Shown piece by piece: positions 1-9,456 of a DNA stretch of 64,000 bases. Source of the stretch: Cyanophora paradoxa CCMP329 (taxonomy: Eukaryota > Plantae > Glaucophyta); assembly GCA_004431415.1 (NCBI GenBank), contig QPMI01000236.1:15064-79063 (forward strand), read 5' to 3'. The notes beneath the pieces are model-generated. The model saw nothing but the letters and a program-made list of their open reading frames with translations, was not told where the DNA came from and ran no database searches. Position 1 is the stretch's first letter, and each line of letters opens with the position of its first letter. The translations under genes were made by a program, and so were the position numbers.

Positions 1-1
1 G

Positions 2-703
2 AATAACTCAATCTATGGGAAATGCATTGAATCTTGCAGAGGTAGATCTGTGGTTAAGATTGCAAACAGTGAGAAACTGTTTATGAAATATGCAGCCTCC
101 CCATTGGTGAAATCAACAAGTCCCATAAACGAAAAAGCAGTTGCCTTTGAGTTTTACACAAAGCATGTGAAGCTAGATAAGCCAGTTGCTATTGGGGCTT
201 ATGTTCTGGATGCAGCCAAACTGCATAACTACAAGTTCTTCTATGATACTGTAAGGTCCCAATGGACAAAAGCAAAGTTACTATTCCATGATACTGACTC
301 CTTTTGTCTATATATCGAATCTAAGACCCTACAAAAAGATATAGAGAATATATCCTTTAATCTGGACTTAGGAGGACCTAACAGAATGACCCCAGGTAAA
401 TACAAAAATGAAATGCCAGGTTCTGCTATATTGGAGTATGTGGGTCTCAGAGCCAAAGTTTACAGTTTCAGAACTGCTGAGATTGAGAGAAGTAAGCTAT
501 CTGGGACTTCCACTGAGGAACTCCAATTTAATGATTTTAAGCAGTGTTTATTTGCAGGTATCAGCAAGACTGTGACTGCAAAGCAGAAGAGAAGGGCAGA
601 TCACACAATAATAGATACTGTGAGTAGAAGGGTTGCCCTAAACTGCTTTGATGCAAAGAGATACATCTTACCAGATGGTATTAATTCTGTTCCTTTTAAT
701 TAA
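2..703 (+). CDS. Protein-primed family B DNA polymerase, C-terminal part (5' end outside window)
   Basis: Frame is open from base 2 and reads NNSIYGK (KxxxNSxYGK motif B), KPVAIGAYVLDAAK, LLFHDTDSF (motif C), GKYKNE, EYVGLRAKVYS and FDAKRYI. These motifs are typical of Polinton-type pPolB. Confidence 0.93.
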   Translation, partial: NNSIYGKCIESCRGRSVVKIANSEKLFMKYAASPLVKSTSPINEKAVAFEFYTKHVKLDKPVAIGAYVLDAAKLHNYKFFYDTVRSQWTKAKLLFHDTDSFCLYIESKTLQKDIENISFNLDLGGPNRMTPGKYKNEMPGSAILEYVGLRAKVYSFRTAEIERSKLSGTSTEELQFNDFKQCLFAGISKTVTAKQKRRADHTIIDTVSRRVALNCFDAKRYILPDGINSVPFN

Positions 704-822
704 GAGATGCCAGCAACTGGAAGAATAGTTAGAAGAACCACTGAGCAACTGCAAGGTAACCTACTGCCCATCACAATTCCAAAGGAGGAAAAGGGGAATC
801 TCGAATTGTAAAAAAGTCAGAG

Positions 823-2091
823 ATGAAAGAGCTTGTCCCAGTAGAGATCCCAGTTGCTATTGCAGTGAAAGAAACCAGCAAGATTGCCAAGAGATTCTAT
901 GATGTGAGAACTGGTTACAAAGGGCTTCAAGCTATGAGGGCTGAGTTACCTGATGAATCCTATAAGCAGTTGCAAGAGTTCTATAAAAAACAAGAGGTAG
1001 TTCAGATCAATGCACCAGCTATATCTAGGAAGAGAGATCCCATGGTTCCAATTAGGCAGCCCCTTGATACCTATGTGATTGATTTGCTCTTTTTCCCAGC
1101 TTATAAGAAACAAAACAATGGCTATGATACCTTTATGACTGCAATGGAATCTACACTGAGAACTGGGTATATCATACCTATAAGGGATAAATCAGCTCTC
1201 ACTACATTAGCTGCATTTAAACAGCTTGAAATGAGAGTGGCAAGACCAATAGTAAAAGTTCAATCAGATGCTGGGAGTGAATTCCAAAATCGAATATTCC
1301 AGGAGTATTTATCTAGTAAATTCATAGAACACCAAGTGAGTGGAACTGCTGACCATAGAAGCCAAGGTCGAATTGAAGCCTTTAACAAGCAGATTAAGAG
1401 ACTGATCACAAACTATTGCATAGCTAATAACACAGCTAGATTCTTTGATGTGTTAGGTGATATTGAGTATAATTACAATAATACAGTTCACTCAGCTACT
1501 AAGATGAAGCCAGGCGAAACTACAGAGGAGCATTATAGGTATATAGTGGGATTAGAAGATGAAAGATTCAAGAAATCAATAGCTTACCTTGATACCATGC
1601 AGCCTGGCATGTTTGTTAGAGTGAAAGTTGAGAAGAACCCCTTTGCTAAACAGGGTAACAATTGGTCTAGGATGGTTTACACTGTTGATAGTAGGGAAGG
1701 CTTTAAGTTTAAGCTAAGGAGTCCCACTGGAGAGATCATAGATAACAGGTTTGCATTCCATGAGCTGTTGCCTGTGAATGCAGTTGAATATCTAGAAACC
1801 CCTACAGTGGATGCCTTAGAGCAAGCCAAAGAGGAAGCTAGGGTTGATGCTGCTATAAGGAGAGAGGGCATAGAAGCTGCTAATGAAGTCCCAGATAAGC
1901 CTTTGATAGAGGCTAGAAAGGACAAGGCTGGGAAAGTTAGCAGGGAACTCAAAAAGCTCACCATAGCAGGCACACAGAAACTTTCAGAAGTGAATAGCCA
2001 GAGGTGGTATAATGACTTTCAGACTACTAAGGAGTCATATACAGCCCCTAAACCTCAAAGAACACTAAGAGAAAGGACCAAAACTAGCTAG
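823..2091 (+). CDS. Retroviral-like (rve) integrase of Polinton type
   Basis: Contains YVIDLL (D1), VQSDAGSEF (D2) and GRIEAFN (E), with 35 residues between D2 and E. YNNTVHSATKMKP and an SH3-like segment (PGMFVRV..NWS..ELLPV) follow. Confidence 0.93.
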   Translation: MKELVPVEIPVAIAVKETSKIAKRFYDVRTGYKGLQAMRAELPDESYKQLQEFYKKQEVVQINAPAISRKRDPMVPIRQPLDTYVIDLLFFPAYKKQNNGYDTFMTAMESTLRTGYIIPIRDKSALTTLAAFKQLEMRVARPIVKVQSDAGSEFQNRIFQEYLSSKFIEHQVSGTADHRSQGRIEAFNKQIKRLITNYCIANNTARFFDVLGDIEYNYNNTVHSATKMKPGETTEEHYRYIVGLEDERFKKSIAYLDTMQPGMFVRVKVEKNPFAKQGNNWSRMVYTVDSREGFKFKLRSPTGEIIDNRFAFHELLPVNAVEYLETPTVDALEQAKEEARVDAAIRREGIEAANEVPDKPLIEARKDKAGKVSRELKKLTIAGTQKLSEVNSQRWYNDFQTTKESYTAPKPQRTLRERTKTS

Positions 2092-2569
2092 TTTCATAGC
2101 CGAAAACTCGTTTTTTCCAAATATATGTATGTGTGATATACATATATGCATATGATATACACATCAACGTGTAGATCTTCTCAAGCGCTTCACAACGCTA
2201 TGCAGAACGCTGCAAGTTGACTATCTGGTGATGAGATACAAGCGTTTGAAGATGCCGATTATCGATTTTTCGAGATTTCGGAATGATGCATCATAATGAT
2301 GTAATAATGATGTATCATAAACATATAACATATATATATCGCCGTGATCGTCATGATCTCCCGAGTTCGATGGTGTGTCATATATATCATATACATTTGC
2401 ATCGTCATTATGACATCATTTCGTAAAATTACACGTCCGTCATCGTCTTTTTCCGCAGCGAACAGATAAGTGAACAGTTAAGGAGACAACTATTGTAATA
2501 GTGGACTGCAACAACAATTGAAAACAAGATATGCGGGAAAGCTATTGAAAGACAATGAAGCAAATTGCG

Positions 2570-2668
2570 AACAATTAAGTGAACAGTTAAGTGGACACCT
2601 GTTGGGAGTAGGCAGTGTCTACTCGTTTATCGTGAAACGGTGTCCACTTAACTGTTCATTTAACTGTT
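2570..2668. repeat. 30-bp inverted repeat with an internal small hairpin
   Basis: AACAATTAAGTGAACAGTTAAGTGGACACC (2570-2599) pairs with GGTGTCCACTTAACTGTTCATTTAACTGTT (2639-2668) at 28/30. The inner GAGTAGGCA/TGTCTACTC can form a stem. Confidence 0.85.
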
Positions 2669-2888
2669 GACGAAAACCCATGCATTATGACATCATATCA
2701 TTAAACCACATACAAAACACTAAAATGCATGTATCTCTTCACCAACTCATCATGTGACAAAACCAAAAACAGATTCGGAATCCTCTTAACGAGGCCTGCC
2801 TGACGATGTAAGTATCATAGGCTCAATAATTCATATGTTTATAAGCATCTCCCCTTGATTCCCCCTATTATATAATATTTATATTAAA

Positions 2889-3316
2889 GTGGACTCAAGG
2901 TTGACTCATATTAATCGTAAAAGTAGTAATAGTATATGGATTTTGTTACGAATTCAATGCAAGGGTTGACTAAGTGGGTTGAGTTGACTCAAATTTCACA
3001 GGAAATATTTGGGACCTAAAGTTTTCTAAAAAGGATTTCAAAAAATGTGTCAACTCCCCCCACTTAGTCAACCCTGACCATAAACAGTAAGGATTTGAGC
3101 TAACAAGTATCACAAAGTGAACATTTTGAGTCCACTTAGAAGATCCACTTTTGAAATCCAAGTTGATTTTGCTTGAAATTTCAAAGTTGATCTAAAAGTG
3201 AGTCCACCCTGATTGATTATGGTAACAAAGTTGACTAAGTTGACTAAGTTGAGTCATCTTAAGAAATTCAAAGAGACTAAGAGTTCAAAATGTTTATGAA
3301 AAGTGAGTCAACTTAG
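2889..3316. repeat. Cluster of GT(T/G)GACT(C/A)A motifs in both orientations, including a 17-bp perfect inverted repeat
   Basis: Motif copies near 2889, 2900, 2965, 2983, 3046, 3062, 3127, 3199, 3230, 3239 and 3304. AGGGTTGACTAAGTGGG (2962-2978) pairs with CCCACTTAGTCAACCCT (3059-3075). Confidence 0.8.
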
Positions 3317-3335
3317 ACCACTTATGATAACAAAG

Positions 3336-5025
3336 TCAGGCGAAGCCTCTTTCTCAAACCCAAAAACCGCCGACCGAAATTCCTTTTTTAACCTTTTTTT
3401 CCACTCGAGATCCCCCCTGCTAAATAATTTCCGTGTCACACTCCCTCGAAGCAGAATTATTAATTCTGCCTCGACACGGACGCGATTGATGGACATTACA
3501 CAGCTGCCCGAACCGCCACAGACCCCTCTAGATCCATTTTTAGCGTCCTGGCTCCCCTAAGACGACCGCTCCCCCGTGGGCGTCGCGCGAAAATCGAATT
3601 TCCCTCTGGATCAATTCCGGTACTTAACCCCCGACAAACACAGTCCGAGTCAGAAGGTGGGACCCGGTCCCGCCCGGTCCCGCGACGAAATCGCGCCAGG
3701 GACGCCCCAGAACGATACAGAATGACGCGCGAGGGCGAGCGCATCGCCGCAAGCTCGATTTCGGGCGCCCTCGATTCTCCAGTCCGAAGAATCGGCCGAA
3801 CATTTGATCCGGCCGGTCCCGCCCGGTCCCGCGACGCGCGCAATCGATGCGTACCGGCGCGCATAGACATAGCAGGGCCTGCGCACCCCCGAAATCCGCT
3901 TTCGGAGCCAGAGCAGCGCAGGAAGGCTCCCGACGGCAAAAAATCGATCCTGCACAGTCCCGGGCAACTTTCCGCGCGCCGACGCCGCGGCGCATGCGCG
4001 GATCGATAGCATAAGCATTTGAGATGTAGGAGAAGCCTTTTGCACGGTCTCTAAATGCGCCGGGCCACGAGGACCCAGCCGACCCCGAAAATTCGATCCT
4101 CTACAGACCTGAAGACCTGTTCTTGCGCCCTCGCATCCTCGCGCATGCGCATCGCTACAATATTCATTTCACATTTTATTGAAGCCTTCCACAAGCTTTG
4201 AAGACGCGGAAGAGCACGAGAACCCAGCCGACGGCAAAAAATCGATTCTGAACAGACCCGGACATCTTTCCGTGCGCCAACGCCGCGGCGCATGCGCGGA
4301 ACAATATGATAAGCATTTCAGATGTAGACAAAGCCTTCCGCACGCATTGCAGATGTGCCGGGCCGCGAGGACCCAGCCGACGCCGAAAATTCGATCCTGG
4401 ACGGACCTGCACAGCTTTCCGCGCGCCCTCGCATCCTCACGCGTGCGCATCCCTACACTAGTAATTTGAGATCTTTCTTAAGCTTTTCGCGAACTCTAAA
4501 GATGCGCATGAATCCAGCCGACCCCGAAATAAAAGATGAATCCAGCTGAATCGCGAACTCTAAAGATGCGCATAAAGATGCGACAGGGCGCGAGAATCCA
4601 GCCGACCCCGAAAATTCGATCCTGGCCAGGCCTGCAAAGCTTTCCGCGTGCCCTCGCCTCCGCAGCCCCGCACATCGATGCTATATGCATTCAAGATTCT
4701 GTTTAAGCGATTCGCAAGCTCTGTGCATGCGTCTGGCCTTGAGAATCTCGCCCCTCCCGGGCCTCCCTCTCAACAATATTATATAATTCATCTCCTCTCA
4801 ACTTGCTCCGGCATCCCTTTATTTCCTCAGTACATTAATATTCCTCTAGTTATATTCCTCTAGCCGGCCAGCGCTGGACAAGTACTGGCCGTCAGCCAGC
4901 CAGCTTCCGGATCCAGCCAGAAAGCTGTTCGCGATCGGCCAGGCCGCTGGCCAGTGCCCTATAGGCCTACTGTGACAGCCGCGAGGGCGTCCGCGAGGCT
5001 TCGCCGTACTTAGTGCTCCGCAGGA
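3336..5025 (+). mobile_element. Non-autonomous Helitron2/Helentron-like element, copy 1 (3' hairpin truncated)
   Basis: The 5' end TCAGGCGAAGCCTC contains an AGGC-GAA-GCCT hairpin. Its 11-bp inverse GAGGCTTCGCC lies at ~4995-5005, just before the terminal hairpin GTGCTCC-GCA-GGA[GCAC]. There are no conventional TIRs/TSD and no credible ORF. Confidence 0.65.
3930..4680 (+). repeat. ~150-bp diverged tandem repeat (two alternating monomer types) inside the Helentron-like element
   Basis: Anchor AAAA(T)TCGAT(C/T)CT recurs at ~3940, 4088, 4240, 4387 and 4612. The same array is present in copies 2 and 3. Confidence 0.8.
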
Positions 5026-5182
5026 ACCCAAAAACCGCCGACCGAAATTCCTTTTTTAACCTTTTTTTCCACTCCAGATCCCCCCTGCTAAATAATTCCC
5101 GTGTCACACTCCCTCGAGGCAGAATTATTAATTCTGCCTCGACACGGACGCGATTGATAGACATTACACGGCTGCCCGAACC
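5025..5182 (+). mobile_element. Short head-to-tail fragment of the same element (near-5' ~160 bp)
   Basis: Nearly identical to ~3357-3514. Contains the near-perfect palindrome TCGAGGCAGAATTA-T-TAATTCTGCCTCGA (5114-5142). Confidence 0.8.
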
Positions 5183-5183
5183 C

Positions 5184-6873
5184 CAAGATCTGTGCTCCTG
5201 CGGAGCACTAAGTACGGCGAAGCCTCGCGGACGCCCTCGCGGCTGTCACAGTAGGCCTAGCTATATATAGGGCACTGGGTGCCACTGGCCAGCGGGTGGC
5301 AGCGGCACGGCCGATCGCGAACAGCTGTCTGGCTGGCCAGCTGCAGCCCAACTAGTACTGGCCGGGCCCGGCCCAGTGCATGGGCCAGTCCAGCTAGCGC
5401 TGCATGGCCGGCCAGAGAGAAATATTAATGTACTGAGGAAATAAAGCGAATATATTATTAGGGAGTGGTTGGACTGGCTTTTAACTGGTGGAGCAGATTG
5501 AGAGGAGATTAATTATATAATTATATAATATTGTTCGGAGGGAGGCCGGGATCCCCGGAGGGGCAAGGTTCTCGCGGCCAGGCGCATGCACAGAGCTTGG
5601 GAATCGCTTAAACAGACCCTCGAATGCATATAGGCCGCCCGCAAAGACGTGCAGGCGTGGCGAGGATCGAATTTTTGCGTCGGCTGGGTTCTCGCGCCCT
5701 GTCGCGCCCACAGAGCTCGCGGAAAGCATTTAAAACATCTCAAATGAATATACTAGCGATTCTCGTGCGTGAGGATGCGAGGGCGCGCGGAAAGATGTGC
5801 AGGTCCGTCAAGGATCGAATTTTGAGGGTCGGCTGGGTCCTCGCGGCCCGGCACATCTGTAAAGCGTGCGGAACGCTTCATCTACATCTCAGATGCTTAT
5901 GCTATTGTTCCGCGCATGCGCCGCGGCGTGGGCGCGCGGAAAGATGTCCGGGTCCGTGCAGGATCGAATTTTTGCCGTCGACTGGGTTCTCGTGCTCTTT
6001 CGCGTCTTCGAAGCTTGTGGAAGGCTTTGATAAAATCCCAAATGAATATAGTAGCGATTCTCATGCGTGAGGATGCGACGGCGCGCGGAAAGACGTGCAG
6101 GTCCGTCCAGGATCGAATTTTCGGGTCGGCTGGGTCCTCGCGGCCCGGCGCATCTGTAAAGCGTGCGGAATGCTTCTTCTAGATCTTAAATGCTTATGCT
6201 ATTCTTCCGCGCATGCGCCGCGGCGTGGGCGCGCGGAAAGATGTCCGGGGCCGTGCAGGATCGAATTTTTGGCGTCGGGTACCTTCCTGCGCTCTTCCGG
6301 CTCCGAAAAGCGGATTTCGGGGGTGCGCAGGCGCTGCTATGTCTATGCGCGCTAGTACGCATCGATTGCGCGCGTCGCGGGACCGGCCGGAACCGGCCGG
6401 ATCAAATTTTCGGCCGACTCTTCGCACTGGAGCGTCGACGGCGCGCGAAATCGAGCTTGCGGCGATGCGCTCGCCCTCGCGCGTCATTCTGTATCGTTCT
6501 GGGGCGTCCCTGGCGCGATTTCGTCGCGGGACCGGGCGGGACCGGGTCCCACCTTCTGACTCGGACTGCGTTTGTCGGAGGTTAAGTACCGGAATTGATC
6601 CAGAGGGAAATTCGATATTCGCGGGACGCCCACGGGGGAGCGGTCGTCTTAGGGAAGCCAGGACGCTAAAAATGGATCTAGAGAGGTCTGTGGGGGTTAG
6701 GGTAGCTGAGTCATTAGCGGCAATCGCGTCCGTGTCGAGGCAGAATTAATAATTCTGCCTCGAGGGAGTGCGACACGGAAATTATTTAGCAGGGGGGATC
6801 TCGAGTGGAAAAAAAGGTTAAAAAAGGAATTTATATCGGCGGTTTTTGGGTTTGAGAAAGAGGCTTCGCCTGA
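5184..6873 (-). mobile_element. Helitron2/Helentron-like element, copy 2 (inverted, both termini present)
   Basis: Diverged reverse complement of copy 1. On the + strand it begins CAAGATCTGTGCTCCTGCGGAGCAC and ends GAGGCTTCGCCTGA. Confidence 0.7.
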
Positions 6874-8084
6874 CCCGGTCCCGCCCGGTCCCGCGACGAA
6901 ATCGCGCCAGGGACGCCCCAGAACGATACAGAATGACGCGCGAGGGCGAGCGCATCGCCGCAAACTCGATTTCGGGCGCCGTCGACGCTCCAGTGCGAAG
7001 AGTCGGCCGAAAATTTGATCCGGCCGGTTCCGGCCGGTCCCGCGACGCGCGCAATCCATGCGTACTGGCGCGCATAGACATAGCACGGCCTGCCCACCCC
7101 CGAAATCCACTTTTCGGAGGCCGAACAGTGCAGGAAGGCTCCCGGCAGCAAAAATTCGAACCTGCACGGTCCCGGGCACCTTTCCGCGCGCCCACGCCGC
7201 GGCGCATGCGCGGAACGATAGCATACGCATTTGAGATGTAGAAGAAGCCTTCCGCACGCTTTACAGATGCGCGGGGCCGCGGGGACCCAGCCCACCCCGA
7301 AAATTCGATCCTCTACAGACCTGCACATCTTTCCGCGCGCCCTCGCATCCTCGCGCATGCGCATCGCTACAATATTCATTTGAGATTTTATCAAAGCCTT
7401 CGACAAGCTTCGAACACGCCGAAGACCACGAGAACCCAGCCGACGGCAAAAATTCGATCCTGCACGGACCTGGACATCTTTCTGCGCGCCCACGCCGCGG
7501 CACATGCGCGGGACAATAGCATATGCATGTGAGATGTAGACAAAGCCTTCCGCATGCTTTACAGATGCGCCGGGCCGCGAGAACCCAGCCAACCCCGAAA
7601 GTTCGATCTTGCACGGACCTGCACAGCTTTCCGCACGCCCTCGCATGCTCACGCATGGGCATCGCTACGGTACTCAGCTCCACCCTTTAATTATTTCCCG
7701 TAGCTCTTTGAAGAGAATGGGGCTCAATCTAGATCGATCTGCTCCACCCTCTTTGAAGAGAATGGGGCTCAATCTAGATCGATCTGCTCCACCCTTTAGC
7801 GAAAGTTCGATAATTAAGAGCTCAAATGAATACTCTCATGGGGCTCAATCTAGATCGATCTGCTCCACCCTTTAATTATTTCCTCGCTCAGTACATCATG
7901 GCATTAATATTCCTCTAGCCGACCAGCGCTAGCTGGACTGGCCGTCAGCCAGCCAGCTTCTAGCCAGAAAGCTGTTCGCGATCGGCCAGGCCGCTGGCCA
8001 GTGCCCTATAGGCCTACTGTGACAGCCGCGAGGGCGTCCGCGAGGCTTCGCCGTACTTAGTGCTCCGCAGGAGCACGGATCTTG
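6872..8084 (+). mobile_element. Helitron2/Helentron-like element, copy 3 (5'-truncated, internally rearranged)
   Basis: Starts GACCCGGTCCCGCCCGG, matching 3661 of copy 1. Ends GAGGCTTCGCCGTACTTAGTGCTCCGCAGGAGCACGGATCTTG followed by TT. Confidence 0.7.
7677..7883 (+). repeat. 45-bp tandem duplication plus partial copies
   Basis: CTCTTTGAAGAGAATGGGGCTCAATCTAGATCGATCTGCTCCACC occurs at 7704-7748 and 7749-7793, with a partial copy at ~7838-7883. Confidence 0.85.
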
Positions 8085-8347
8085 TTAAATATTTATTTGA
8101 TTTAATCGGAAAAGAACATGATTTAATCGAATTTATTGATATAATTCCGATTAGATTCATTTAGGATTCAATTAAGATCAATCGAAGTTATTGATATAAT
8201 TCCGATTAACTACAATTAAGATACAATATCGATTAATCGAGTTTATCGATATAACATCGATTAAATTAATTGAAAATGCATTTACAAATATGAAAATTCA
8301 TGTGAAAATTCAAATAAATTAATCGATTTTATTGATATAACATCGAA

Positions 8348-8446
8348 TCACACATATGAATATTCATATTTTAATCCTGAGGCGGAACGCCGAGGGATTA
8401 AAATATGAATATTCATATGTGTGACAATGTCTCCGACATGGAGACA
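8348..8446. repeat. Perfect 30-bp inverted repeat capped by GGCG-GAA-CGCC, followed by a second 7-bp hairpin
   Basis: TCACACATATGAATATTCATATTTTAATCC (8348-8377) pairs with GGATTAAAATATGAATATTCATATGTGTGA (8395-8424). TGTCTCC-GACAT-GGAGACA lies at 8428-8446. Confidence 0.9.
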
Positions 8447-8749
8447 ATCCTGCGCGTATACGTACACAGAGTGGTTTAAAGGATGCAGGTGCGCATGCGT
8501 ACGTTAACGTGTTCGCAACAACGTTTTAACGCACCGGACTCCGCCCTGCGGATTCGGTCTGCGCCTTCACGGCGCCCCCGCCGGCATCCATATATATGGA
8601 TGTATTCACGCCGTGACGCTAGCTCTGCATTACGGCTCGTCAGGCATCGATATCGGTCGCGGGCGCGGTATTTATATGTATATATATATATCACGCTAGC
8701 TCGAGATATTGAAGAAGCTTAAGTGCACTTGCATATGCACATGTATATG

Positions 8750-9300
8750 TACACGTATCATAGTATACATACACACATGTATATACATGCACACGTACAA
8801 AATTAAGGCGCACCAGCGGCGGTGCTGCCGCAGTGCTGCTGGCAGTAGTCTGTACCGTACGTATACGATTGCGGGTGTTGCGGCGACCGTCGGACCGCGG
8901 GCGACCGCGGGCCGCGGCAGACGATCGATCACGAGCTCGCGATCGAAGACCGATATGATGGCGATAACGCACTGCAGCTGTTCACGCACTGCTCAGTTCA
9001 CGCAAAGTTACATGTTCACGCTAGTTCGAGCTCTAGATCTAAAAGAAGTTCACATGTTCCGTAGTACATATGCATGTACACTGTGACAGACACATTCACA
9101 CATATACACATGATCATGAACAAAAGCGCACCAGTGACGGTAGTGCTGCTGGTAGTATACGTACGCGTACGCGTACTCTGTACCGTACACGTACGATTGC
9201 GGCGGACGATCGCGCGACTCGGCCCCGCAGCGCTGGCGATCGCGAACTTCGGAACTCGAAGACCGATATCGATATCGCACTGTTCACGCGCTGCGCGTTC
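8750..9300 (+). repeat. Two diverged copies of a ~300-bp unit riddled with palindromic micro-insertions
   Basis: Shared anchors GCGCACCAG..GTGCTGCTGG..CTGTACCGTAC..TACGATTGCGG..TCGAAGACCGATAT..CTGTTCACGC at ~8808-8987 and ~9127-9288. Confidence 0.7.
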
Positions 9301-9456
9301 TCACTGAGTCATGATCAGCAGAGTACTAGTCAGCACGTGATTACTGCAGCTGCGTATGCTGCTACGGTATGCACTGCGGCACTGCGGCACCGCCGGGCCG
9401 ACTCAGTGACTCGGCGATGATCGCGCCGCGGGCAACTGGCAATGCATGCGCACTCG

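Larger units (their letters stand above)
1..3335 (+). mobile_element. Right-hand part of a Polinton/Maverick-like (or Polinton-like virus) endogenous element; it continues left of the window and its right boundary is uncertain
   Basis: Adjacent intronless pPolB and rve integrase ORFs. AT-rich composition contrasts with the very GC-rich host genes. About 1.2 kb of hairpin- and motif-rich non-coding DNA follows before a GC-rich element starts at 3336. Capsid and ATPase genes are not in the window. Confidence 0.85.

Noticed and set aside
3303-7875. Many 60-270 aa ORFs within the repeat cluster
   Set aside because: They show no recognisable domains, and frames are not conserved between the three copies.
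7677-7883. Direct repeats as a CRISPR array
   Set aside because: The units are adjacent with no unique spacers, there are no cas genes, and the context is eukaryotic. The ~150-bp array also lacks repeat-spacer structure.
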